DNA of 64,000 bases. It comes from Opitutales bacterium. GTDB lineage: Bacteria; Verrucomicrobiota; Verrucomicrobiia; Opitutales; Seribacteraceae. The notes beneath the pieces were generated by a model. That model had not been told where the DNA came from. It was given only the letters and a program-made list of their open reading frames with translations, and searched no databases. Made by a program: the position numbers and the translations under genes. The DNA lies in the NCBI GenBank assembly GCA_965660725.1, contig CBFIBI010000004.1:4164-68163 (forward strand), read 5' to 3'. Shown here piece by piece: positions 18,202 through 26,905 of the stretch (position 1 is the first letter of the stretch; every line of letters starts with the position of its first letter).

Positions 18202-18516
18202 ATGGGTAAACAATACAACAAAGTAATAAAACGAAGACGCAGAGCAGCGTACATTGCGAAGCGAAAAGCAGCCGTAAAAGAGCTTGTTTCCAAATCAGGT
18301 AAATCTACAAAAGCTAAAGCCGTTAAAGCAAAACCTGCCAAAAAACCAGTTGCTAAGAAAGCAAAAGTTGTTGAAGCCAAACCTGAACCAGTCGCTGAGA
18401 AGGCAAATCCAACTGATGTTCTGGGTGATGAAGAAAAAAAACCTACAGAAAGCGTTGAATTAAAGAAAGAAGAGCAAAAATCTCAGGACGAGTCTGAGAA
18501 TTCTTCCGAAAGTTAA
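18202..18516 (+). CDS. Lys/Ala-rich histone-H1-like basic protein with an acidic tail
   Basis: 104 aa. 23 of the first 60 residues are K or R (KAKAVKAKPAKKPVAKKAKVVEAK). The C-terminal third is acidic or polar (EEKKPTESVELKKEEQKSQDESENSSES). Confidence 0.55.
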   Translation: MGKQYNKVIKRRRRAAYIAKRKAAVKELVSKSGKSTKAKAVKAKPAKKPVAKKAKVVEAKPEPVAEKANPTDVLGDEEKKPTESVELKKEEQKSQDESENSSES

Positions 18517-18518
18517 TT

Positions 18519-18995
18519 TTGAATGTGAATGCGGGCAAAAGCTTTGTTCTGCTGTTACAATTTCTCTTAGTACCAACTCTTTTTTCTTCAATAGAATTAG
18601 AGAAAGTATCTTTCAGGTACTATAACAAAAATCAACTCACCCGGTTGCCAGAATATTTTACCGGTAAAGAGTATTCTGGTAATCGTTTATTCTTTCGTAC
18701 TAGTGATAATAGAGGAGGATTTTATTTTATTCTTTCTTCAAATCAATTGATTTTAAAATCAAGTGCTATTTCAAAAGTCGAAATATCAGTGATTCAATCC
18801 GGTAGTATGAAACATGAATTATTTTCATTTAATTTGCCAGGAAGTAGATTAGAAAAAAAAGAGCTTTTGTTTGGAATTACCGGAAAGAATTGGGTTTCTG
18901 ATAAAATCAAACCAATTGCATGGAAGATAGAATGTAAGGATTCATTGGGAAAGACGCTTTATTTTAAAAATAGTTTTCTTTGGGAGCACGATTAA
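18519..18995 (+). CDS. hypothetical secreted protein
   Basis: 158-aa ORF with a non-ATG start (TTG 18519 or GTG 18525) 2 nt after the upstream stop. It has a hydrophobic N-terminus (FVLLLQFLLVPTLFSS). I recognise no family. Confidence 0.4.
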   Translation: MNVNAGKSFVLLLQFLLVPTLFSSIELEKVSFRYYNKNQLTRLPEYFTGKEYSGNRLFFRTSDNRGGFYFILSSNQLILKSSAISKVEISVIQSGSMKHELFSFNLPGSRLEKKELLFGITGKNWVSDKIKPIAWKIECKDSLGKTLYFKNSFLWEHD

Positions 18996-19014
18996 TTTTA
19001 GTACTCAGCTTAAT

Positions 19015-19881
19015 ATGTCTCCATGGAAAAAATTAACCCAATTCAACAATTTTTCTTTATTAGGGCTTCGTGAAACATTAGAGGGCGGGCAATGTTTTTC
19101 ATGGTTTAAAACATCGAATACTTCTTGGCTAGGGTCTTTCAACTTAAAAGTAGTTGAGCTCAAATTTGAAAAAAAAACTTTGTTTTGGCGTACTTGTGAA
19201 TTACATCCTGCCACAAAGACTGAGTTGCTTAATTATTTATGGTTGGATTCAACATACAACGATGCGATTGATCAATTACCATGGAGAAGCGATTCAATTC
19301 TTGCCAAGTGTATTTCAAAAATTCCGGGATTAACAATTCTAAGACAGAGTCTTGATGAGACTCTTTTCTACTTTTTATTAAGTTCAGCTAAAAGTATACC
19401 TCAGATAAAAGAAATGGGTTTTTTAGTCTGTCAGAAATGGGGTAAAAAACTAAACAGTAATATTTGGAGTTTTCCTGGATGGGCAAAGCTTGGCGAGGCA
19501 AGTGAGAACGATTTGAGAGAATTAAAACTTGGATATCGAGCTCGATACATTTACCAAATTGCACAGATTATTGGAAAAGATCCAGATTTCCTTTATCGGG
19601 TATCGAAATCGACTTATGAGGATGCGAAATCTGCATTGGTTCAATTGCCCGGTGTTGGGCCAAAAATTGCAGACTGTGCCTTGCTATTTGGAGCAAATAA
19701 AACGGAAGCTTTTCCGGTCGACACATGGATTTCCAAAGTATTGGGAGATCATTATGATCTTAAATCTTTTAATACGAAACAAAAGGTTTTGTTTGCGAAA
19801 AAGCACTTTGGAAAATTTGCTGGTTTAGCTCAGCAATTTTTATTTTCAGGTGTTAGACTCGGTTTGATAAAAGAAAATTGA
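19015..19881 (+). CDS. ogg: 8-oxoguanine DNA glycosylase/AP lyase, OGG1 type (HhH-GPD superfamily)
   Basis: 288 aa with an N-terminal TLEGGQCFSW block. The HhH-GPD motif LPGVGPKIADCALLFG carries the catalytic-type Lys, followed by FPVDTWI with the Asp. Confidence 0.8.
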   Translation: MSPWKKLTQFNNFSLLGLRETLEGGQCFSWFKTSNTSWLGSFNLKVVELKFEKKTLFWRTCELHPATKTELLNYLWLDSTYNDAIDQLPWRSDSILAKCISKIPGLTILRQSLDETLFYFLLSSAKSIPQIKEMGFLVCQKWGKKLNSNIWSFPGWAKLGEASENDLRELKLGYRARYIYQIAQIIGKDPDFLYRVSKSTYEDAKSALVQLPGVGPKIADCALLFGANKTEAFPVDTWISKVLGDHYDLKSFNTKQKVLFAKKHFGKFAGLAQQFLFSGVRLGLIKEN

Positions 19882-19980
19882 TATAAGTCATAATTGATTC
19901 GTTTTTAGTCAAACTTGCTACGTGGCGCAATAATTGCAAATACGGGTAACAAGAAATGAAGGAATTAGTTACTAGCAAAT

Positions 19981-21426
19981 ATGCCAAGACATTTTGAGCA
20001 TTATCAAACAGGTAGTTTTTTTGATGAAATGTTTGACGGTGGAGATCCGATTTTCATCAAGTCGCATTATGAAAAACTTTATGAGCGATTAGACTCTCTT
20101 AGTTCTTATGAATTAGAAAAGAAGAAAGCACAAGCAGTCACCTCTTTTTTGGAACATGGGGTTACATTTACTATTTATGGGGATGAAGAGGGAACCGAAC
20201 GAGTTTTTCCTTTTGATTTGATTCCTCGAGTTATTCCTAAATCAGAGTGGTCAATAATTGAGAGGGGACTTAAACAGAGGATGCTGGCGTTAAATTTATT
20301 TTTACACGATATTTACCATGATGCAAGAATTCTAAAAGAGGGGATATTGCCCAGAGAGGTTATCGAAAGTTGTCCAAATTATCGTAAAGAGATTATTGGA
20401 TTCGATGTACCGAAGGACATTTATATACATGTTTGTGGAAGTGATTTAATCCGAGATGAAAACGGAACCTACATGGTTTTAGAGGATAATGGAAGATGTC
20501 CGTCTGGTGCTTCATACCTGCTTGAAAATAGAGATATAATGAAAAGAACTTTTCCAAGAACATATCAAGCAATGGGGGTAAGATCTGTAGAAGCATATCC
20601 AGAGGTTCTTCTTAAAACCCTCGAACATCTTTCTCCACGTCAGTCACAGAAACCGGTTTGCGTTCTTCTTACTCCAGGAGTTTACAATAGTGCTTATTTC
20701 GAACATACCTTTCTTGCTCGGCAAATGGGAATAGAGATTGTCGAAGGACGAGATTTAATCGCAATCGATAATTATATATACATGAGAACTACTCAGGGTT
20801 TGGTTCAAGTCGATGTAATATATAGGCGATTGGATGACAATTATATCGATCCTGTTTTTTTTAAAAATGATTCTTTGTTGGGAGTTTCCGGACTAATGGA
20901 GTCTTACTTAAAAGGGAATGTATCTTTGGCTAATGGTGTTGGAACAGGTTTAGCTGATGACAAAGTTACTTATTCATATGTTCCTCAAATGATTAGATTT
21001 TATCTCGGGCAAGACTCTATATTACCCAGTGTTCCTACTTACCTTTGCTGGAAAGATGATGATTGTAAATATGTGTTGGAAAATTTGGAAAAATTAGTGG
21101 TTAAGCCAGCTAATGAATCTGGTGGTTATGGGATGTTAATTGGAAGTACATCAACCAAAAGTCAAAGAAGTGAATTTAGATCGATGATCAGAAACAATCC
21201 GAGGGAGTATATTGCACAGCCCATCATTTCACTCTCCCGTCATCCTACTTTTTGTGATAACGGAATTAATGGTCGCCATATCGATTTAAGACCCTTTGTT
21301 TTATACGGAGAGGATATGGAAGTAATTCCTGGTGGGCTTACTAGGGTTGCGTTAAATAAAAATTCCTTAGTGGTCAATTCCTCTCAGGGTGGCGGTAGTA
21401 AGGACACTTGGGTACTCAAAAATTAA
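19981..21426 (+). CDS. circularly permuted ATP-grasp protein (type 2; DUF404/DUF407)
   Basis: 481 aa. Family-typical length and blocks (VTFTIYGDEEGTERVFPFDLIPR, VVKPANESGGYGMLIG, GGLTRVAL), together with the canonical downstream alpha-E and transglutaminase genes. Confidence 0.85.
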   Translation: MPRHFEHYQTGSFFDEMFDGGDPIFIKSHYEKLYERLDSLSSYELEKKKAQAVTSFLEHGVTFTIYGDEEGTERVFPFDLIPRVIPKSEWSIIERGLKQRMLALNLFLHDIYHDARILKEGILPREVIESCPNYRKEIIGFDVPKDIYIHVCGSDLIRDENGTYMVLEDNGRCPSGASYLLENRDIMKRTFPRTYQAMGVRSVEAYPEVLLKTLEHLSPRQSQKPVCVLLTPGVYNSAYFEHTFLARQMGIEIVEGRDLIAIDNYIYMRTTQGLVQVDVIYRRLDDNYIDPVFFKNDSLLGVSGLMESYLKGNVSLANGVGTGLADDKVTYSYVPQMIRFYLGQDSILPSVPTYLCWKDDDCKYVLENLEKLVVKPANESGGYGMLIGSTSTKSQRSEFRSMIRNNPREYIAQPIISLSRHPTFCDNGINGRHIDLRPFVLYGEDMEVIPGGLTRVALNKNSLVVNSSQGGGSKDTWVLKN

Positions 21427-21429
21427 GCT

Positions 21430-22401
21430 ATGTTGTCTAGGGTTGCAGATAATTTATATTGGATGAGTCGGTATATTGAGCGGGCTGAGAGCATTGCCCG
21501 ATTAGTTGAGGTTACACAAAGCTCATCTCTCGAATTTACAGAGGAAGATCAGGCTGAGTTTTGGGATCCAGTGTTAAAGGCAATTTGTGCAAAAGAAGAG
21601 TATTCAAAGAGCAGTTATAAAGATGTGGGGCAATTCCTCTGCTTGGGCCTCGAATTTTCAAATTCTGTAAAGAATTGCATTATGCTCGCTCGTGAAAATG
21701 CCAGAATGGTAAGAGATCAACTGTCAGTGGAAATGTGGTCGGAGTTAAATAATATATATTTTTATCTCAAGACCGAGGAAGGAGAAAAAACTTTTTTGCA
21801 GGATCCGCAGAATTTTTTCAAAAAAGTAATCCGTTTTTCATTAGTCTTTCAAGGTCTTTCTGGAGCGACAGTTCTTCATGATGAAGGTTGGAGGTTCATG
21901 GCTTTGGGAAAATTTTTAGAACGAGCAGATCAGACAAGCCGCATGCTAGACAGAATAACTTTTCAAAAGAACGAACCAACCCGTTCAGATTTGCTTGCCG
22001 TTTTGCAATCTTGCGTGGCACGAACAGCTTTTCGACGTCAATACAGAGGAGAGCTTACTTTACAGAATGTTTCTTCTTTTCTTCTTTTTTCCCATGATTT
22101 CCCAAGATCCTTAAAGTTTTCAATTAGGTGTATTGATGATAACCTTCATGCTGTTTCAGGAATTCCTTCTGGTAATTTTTCCAATGAAGCGGAACGGATA
22201 ATTGGGAGTTCTTTGGCCTTGGTTAACTTTACTGATATCAAATTTGTGATGTCCAATGGTTTGCATAAAACGATCGATGATTTGCAAAGAAAACTTTTGA
22301 ATGTGGGGCAGTGCATTTTCGAAACTTATGTTCTTTTACCTTTCGAGCTACAAAGCCCAGAAAAAAATATCTTTTTGCAGGCACACTCTCAGCAGCAATA
22401 A
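21430..22401 (+). CDS. alpha-E domain-containing protein (DUF403)
   Basis: 323 aa starting MLSRVADNLYWMSRYIERAE, the hallmark N-terminus of this family. It starts 3 nt after the ATP-grasp stop. Confidence 0.82.
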   Translation: MLSRVADNLYWMSRYIERAESIARLVEVTQSSSLEFTEEDQAEFWDPVLKAICAKEEYSKSSYKDVGQFLCLGLEFSNSVKNCIMLARENARMVRDQLSVEMWSELNNIYFYLKTEEGEKTFLQDPQNFFKKVIRFSLVFQGLSGATVLHDEGWRFMALGKFLERADQTSRMLDRITFQKNEPTRSDLLAVLQSCVARTAFRRQYRGELTLQNVSSFLLFSHDFPRSLKFSIRCIDDNLHAVSGIPSGNFSNEAERIIGSSLALVNFTDIKFVMSNGLHKTIDDLQRKLLNVGQCIFETYVLLPFELQSPEKNIFLQAHSQQQ

Positions 22402-22422
22402 TTTAATCGTGCGATTTAAATT

Positions 22423-23277
22423 ATGAGATTCTATGTTTTTCATAAAACAGTTTACCGTTATCCGGATGAGGTGTGTAACAGTTTCAACGAAATGCGTTTG
22501 CACCCCTTATCTAATGATTTACAGCATTGTGAATTTTCCTTAATCAGCGTGTTACCAAGTACTTGTTTACGTGAGTATCTTGATTTAAATGGAAACTTAG
22601 TTCAGTATTTTGAAATTCCAGAAGCACACTGTAAGCTTGCAATAGAAGCTCGTTCCACTGTTGAAACACAAAAACGTGTTGATTTTGAGGAGTTTCCCTA
22701 TGGAGTTACAATGGACAGTCTTAGAGATATAGAAACAAACTTTGATTGTCGTAATTATCTTCAGGCTTCTAATTATGTGGAGATTACTCCTGAGGTATGG
22801 AAGGAGGCTGTAGATATAAGGGGTGACTCAAATGATGTTTTCCAAACCGCGTACAAAATTATGGAATTTATTTATTTAAATTATCAATATTCAAAATCTA
22901 CCACTACGGTTGATACACCTTCTAACTTAATTATAAAAAAACGGAAAGGTGTTTGCCAAGACTTTGCTCATGCAGCGATTGCTATGTGTCGTAGCTTAGG
23001 GATTCCATCAAGATATGTAAGCGGATATTTTTTTGATCATACGAGAAATCGATCAATGCGAGGGTCAGAAGCTTCTCATGCTTGGATTGAAGTTTTAGTT
23101 GATGGACATGGCTGGTATGGATTGGACCCCACGAATAATCGAGTGGTAGATGAAACATATATCATTCTTGCGACCGGAAGAGATTACCGTGATGTTGCTC
23201 CTATTACGGGAACCTATTATGGGCGATTGCCTTCGAGTATGAATGTGGAAGTCTCTGTTAAGAAATTAGAGAACTAA
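22423..23277 (+). CDS. transglutaminase-family protein (Bact_transglu_N + transglutaminase core)
   Basis: 284 aa with candidate catalytic residues present: Cys in KGVCQDFAH, His in ASHAWIEV and Asp in YGLDPTN. Confidence 0.88.
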   Translation: MRFYVFHKTVYRYPDEVCNSFNEMRLHPLSNDLQHCEFSLISVLPSTCLREYLDLNGNLVQYFEIPEAHCKLAIEARSTVETQKRVDFEEFPYGVTMDSLRDIETNFDCRNYLQASNYVEITPEVWKEAVDIRGDSNDVFQTAYKIMEFIYLNYQYSKSTTTVDTPSNLIIKKRKGVCQDFAHAAIAMCRSLGIPSRYVSGYFFDHTRNRSMRGSEASHAWIEVLVDGHGWYGLDPTNNRVVDETYIILATGRDYRDVAPITGTYYGRLPSSMNVEVSVKKLEN

Positions 23278-23285
23278 ACATTTTT

Positions 23286-25022
23286 TTATGAAAGTGAAGT
23301 ATTTGGAATGGCATCAAGTAATTCACGGGTGTACTCAGATTGGGGATTTCTGTATATTCGTTCTGCATCTCCACTTTCCATAACTTGACCATTTTTCATA
23401 ACAATCATGTCATCGGACATAAATTTGACTACACTTAAATCATGGGAAATAAAGAGAAAGGTAAGGTTTCTTCTCTCCTGCAATTCGCGAAGTAAATTTA
23501 GTACCTGTGCTTGTACGGATACATCCATTGCACTTACGCATTCGTCGCATACAATGAATTCAGGTTCAACAGCAAGAGCTCTTGCTACGCTGATTCGTTG
23601 TCTTTGCCCTCCGGAAAACTCGTGGGGGTATCGAAAAAGAAACTCAGCTCCCAGTCCAACTTCTTCGAGTAGAGATACTATTCGATCTCGCCGTTCTGAT
23701 TGATTTGAGCCAATTCTGTGAACGAGCATAGGTTCGGTAAGAGCCTGTTCGATTGTTTGTCGAGGGTTTAGAGAAGCGTAAGGATCCTGAAAGATTATTT
23801 GCATTCGCTTTCGGAAGGGTAACATTTCTGACTGGCTTAGCTTAGTCAGTTCTTTTCCATCATAAATGATTGAACCAGATCTTGTACCTTGAAGCCTGAT
23901 GATTGCGCGACCAAGTGTTGTCTTGCCGCAACCAGATTCTCCTACAAGTCCAAGGGTTTGCCCCTTTTTGATTCGTAAGTTAACACCATCAACCGCTTTC
24001 ACTGTCCTGCGTTTACTGCCAAGAAAACCACCTCCCGAAGAAAAATGAACCTTAAGTTCCTTTACTTTTAGAATAGTAGATGGAGCAACTTTATCCAAAT
24101 TTTTGCTTTTAACTTCTTTTATTAGTTCTGCTAGCCGTTTTTTCGAGTCTGGATGCTCACTAAGAATGTAAGAACCGTCATCGGAAACCTCAGTTTTTAA
24201 AAAATCGTCCACAGTGGGCAGAGTCTGATATGGAGTTTCTAATGTTGGTCTACAGGCAAGCAGGCCTTTCACATAGGGATGTGATGGATTTTGAAAGAGA
24301 TCTTGGGTCTTTCCATGTTCGACAATCTTACCTCGGTACATTACCACAACGCGATCTGCAAGTTCCGCGACAACCCCAAGGTCATGAGTTACAAAGAGCA
24401 CAGCAATTCCGAGGTCATTCTTAAGTTCCCTAAGTATTTTTAAGATGCGAGCCTGAACCGTAACGTCCAATGCGGTGGTCGGTTCATCAGCTAACAAAAG
24501 ATCGGGCTTTGTAACTAAAGCCATCGCAATCATTACCCGTTGACGCATACCTCCTGAGAACTCGTGAGGATAGGAGCGAGCTCTTGTTTCAGAGTCTCGT
24601 ATTCCAACTTTTTTCATCATTTCAATTGCACGAGCCTCTGCAGTTTCTCGTGAAACATTTTCGTGAATAAGGATGGGTTCTGTTATTTGATCGAGGATTT
24701 TTAGGTATGGGTTGAGACAGCTCATCGGATCCTGAAAGATCATCGATATACGTTTGCCTCTGATTTTCCGGAGCAGTGCCTGCGGAAGGTTCAGAAGTTC
24801 TTCATTATCAAAGGTAATAGTTCCGCCTTCAATCTTTGCAGGTGGCTGAGGTAAGAGCCCAAGGGTGGTATGGCAGGTAACGGATTTTCCTGAACCGGAT
24901 TCTCCAACAACTCCAAGGATTTCTCCTTTATCCATTGAAAAGCTGATATCGTCTACTGCTCGATTTATGCCCCCACGTGTGTGGAAATAAGTTTTGAGAT
25001 TGTTTATTTGAAGCAAGCTCAT
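23286..25022 (-). CDS. peptide/nickel-type ABC transporter ATP-binding protein, fused double ATPase (GsiA/YejF-like)
   Basis: 578 aa with two complete ABC cassettes (GESGSGKS ... FSGGMRQR ... [11 protein letters not shown]; GESGCGKT ... FSGGQRQR ... [11 protein letters not shown]). Confidence 0.9.
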   Translation of the reverse strand: MSLLQINNLKTYFHTRGGINRAVDDISFSMDKGEILGVVGESGSGKSVTCHTTLGLLPQPPAKIEGGTITFDNEELLNLPQALLRKIRGKRISMIFQDPMSCLNPYLKILDQITEPILIHENVSRETAEARAIEMMKKVGIRDSETRARSYPHEFSGGMRQRVMIAMALVTKPDLLLADEPTTALDVTVQARILKILRELKNDLGIAVLFVTHDLGVVAELADRVVVMYRGKIVEHGKTQDLFQNPSHPYVKGLLACRPTLETPYQTLPTVDDFLKTEVSDDGSYILSEHPDSKKRLAELIKEVKSKNLDKVAPSTILKVKELKVHFSSGGGFLGSKRRTVKAVDGVNLRIKKGQTLGLVGESGCGKTTLGRAIIRLQGTRSGSIIYDGKELTKLSQSEMLPFRKRMQIIFQDPYASLNPRQTIEQALTEPMLVHRIGSNQSERRDRIVSLLEEVGLGAEFLFRYPHEFSGGQRQRISVARALAVEPEFIVCDECVSAMDVSVQAQVLNLLRELQERRNLTFLFISHDLSVVKFMSDDMIVMKNGQVMESGDAERIYRNPQSEYTRELLDAIPNTSLS

Positions 25023-25966
25023 CAGTCTTTTGCGGTTTTTACATCGAGTGCGTCTCTTAGTCCGTCACCTAGAAAATTAAGAGAGAAAAGAGTGAGTGAA
25101 AAGAAAAGACCGGGCAAAATTAGAAGTTGTACTTCAGTTTCTAAAAAATTGGCTCCTTCTTTGATTAGAACACCCCACGAACTATTCGGTGATTCCACGC
25201 CTAAGCCAAGGAAGGAAAGAATGGCTTCATACATAATAAAGCCTGGAACTGTGAGCGTTGAGTAAACAACTGTTGGCCCGAGAACATTAGGAATTACATG
25301 GCGAAAAAGTACTCGAGTTTTACTATACCCAAGTGCAACAGCTGCTTCCACAAATTCGCGTTCCTTTATACTCATAACTTGGGCTCGGACAATTCTAGAT
25401 AGGGTTAGCCATCCCAAAAGACCAAGTGCGAAAAAGAGAGGAACGACATTGGTTAGCCGTGCGGTGAATTCTTTGTCCCAATTAAAGTTTGCCACGATCC
25501 AGCGGGTGGCATCTCCAGACCAGTCACTTAGGGTTGCCTGTAAAACAATTACCAGCACCAAAAACGGAATGGCAAGGAGAGTATCAACTACGCGCATCAT
25601 AACTGCATCCGTGCGACCTCCTGCAAATCCGGAAATTGCGCCGTAGACAATTCCAATGGCTACCGAAACTGCAGTAGCAATTAAACCAACAAGAATGGAA
25701 ACTTGTCCTCCGTATAGAATTCGTGAGAAGAGATCACGGCCTAGGGCATCGGTTCCGAACCAATGCTTCTCTGAAGGGGGGGCAAATTTATTTGTCAGGC
25801 TCACTTGGTTTGGATCCAGGCAAAACCAGGCAAGAATAAAACAGAGTGAGAACATGATAGCGATCACCCATAGACCACCCATGGCGAATTTATTTTTCGC
25901 CATGCGAGTTCTTGCATCTCTCCAAAGAGATGAGCCTTGAGAACCTATTTGTGCTTTGTTATCCAT
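25022..25966 (-). CDS. peptide ABC transporter permease (OppC/DppC-like)
   Basis: 314 aa and polytopic, with the N-terminal motif HWFGTDALGRDLFSRILYG typical of OppC/DppC. Confidence 0.9.
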   Translation of the reverse strand: MDNKAQIGSQGSSLWRDARTRMAKNKFAMGGLWVIAIMFSLCFILAWFCLDPNQVSLTNKFAPPSEKHWFGTDALGRDLFSRILYGGQVSILVGLIATAVSVAIGIVYGAISGFAGGRTDAVMMRVVDTLLAIPFLVLVIVLQATLSDWSGDATRWIVANFNWDKEFTARLTNVVPLFFALGLLGWLTLSRIVRAQVMSIKEREFVEAAVALGYSKTRVLFRHVIPNVLGPTVVYSTLTVPGFIMYEAILSFLGLGVESPNSSWGVLIKEGANFLETEVQLLILPGLFFSLTLFSLNFLGDGLRDALDVKTAKD

Positions 25967-25971
25967 CTTTG

Positions 25972-26901
25972 CTAATCAAGATTGCCAGAATGTCTAACAC
26001 GAGGATCAAGAAATCCGTTAAGCAGGTCAGCAAGAAGGTTCATTACAACAATAAGGAACCCGAAGAATAATGATAGACCTAGCAGCAGAAATTCGTCCCG
26101 GGTAGTGGCAGCATTTACAAAGTGCTGACCCATGCCAGGCACCTGAAATATGGTCTCCACTATAAACGAACCACTAATTAATGCGGCAAAGGCTGGGCCA
26201 AGATAAGCCACTGCGGGAAGGAGCCCTCCTCGCAGGGTATGTTTAAATATAACTTGAAATGGTGATACTCCTTTTGCCTGAGCTGTTCTAACGAAATCTT
26301 GTGATAATACTTCAAGGATTCCCCCCCGGGTTAGGCGGGCCAGATAGGCTGCGGAAACTAAACCCAAAGTAAAAGAGGGCAGAATGACATCCTCCAGGTT
26401 TCCCCAGCCCGCTACTTTAAGACCGGGTATATGTGCTGCCACATATATTTGAAGTAGTGGACCTATAGTGAAAGAAGGAATGCAAATACCAACCATAGCC
26501 ACGGTCATACAGACCCAGTCAATCCAACTGTTTTTTCGAACTGCAGAAAGTACTCCAATGGGAATTCCTATGCAGATTGCAAATCCTAACGCACAAAGTC
26601 CGAGAACAAGAGAATTTGGGAAAGATTGAATAATTATGTCGATCACAGGTCTTCCTTTACTTGTTGAAATTCCAAACGAACCTTCGGTGATAATATTTTT
26701 TGGGTATACAAGGTATTGCTTCCAAATTGGTTTATCTAAACCATAAAGTTTACGAATGTTAGCTTTAGTCTCGGCGGAGATATTTTTTTCGGAAGTGAAT
26801 GGTTCCCCCGGCATTGCTTTAGCTAAAAAGAAAGTAATCGTGTAAAGTGCAAATAAAACAAGGACTCCTTGCAGCAATCGATCAATGAGAAAGCGAGTCA
26901 T
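25972..26901 (-). CDS. peptide ABC transporter permease (OppB/DppB-like)
   Basis: 309 aa with the motifs MTRFLIDRLLQGVLVLFALYTITFFL and DFVRTAQAKGVS (EAA-loop region). Confidence 0.9.
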   Translation of the reverse strand: MTRFLIDRLLQGVLVLFALYTITFFLAKAMPGEPFTSEKNISAETKANIRKLYGLDKPIWKQYLVYPKNIITEGSFGISTSKGRPVIDIIIQSFPNSLVLGLCALGFAICIGIPIGVLSAVRKNSWIDWVCMTVAMVGICIPSFTIGPLLQIYVAAHIPGLKVAGWGNLEDVILPSFTLGLVSAAYLARLTRGGILEVLSQDFVRTAQAKGVSPFQVIFKHTLRGGLLPAVAYLGPAFAALISGSFIVETIFQVPGMGQHFVNAATTRDEFLLLGLSLFFGFLIVVMNLLADLLNGFLDPRVRHSGNLD

Positions 26902-26905
26902 AAGA

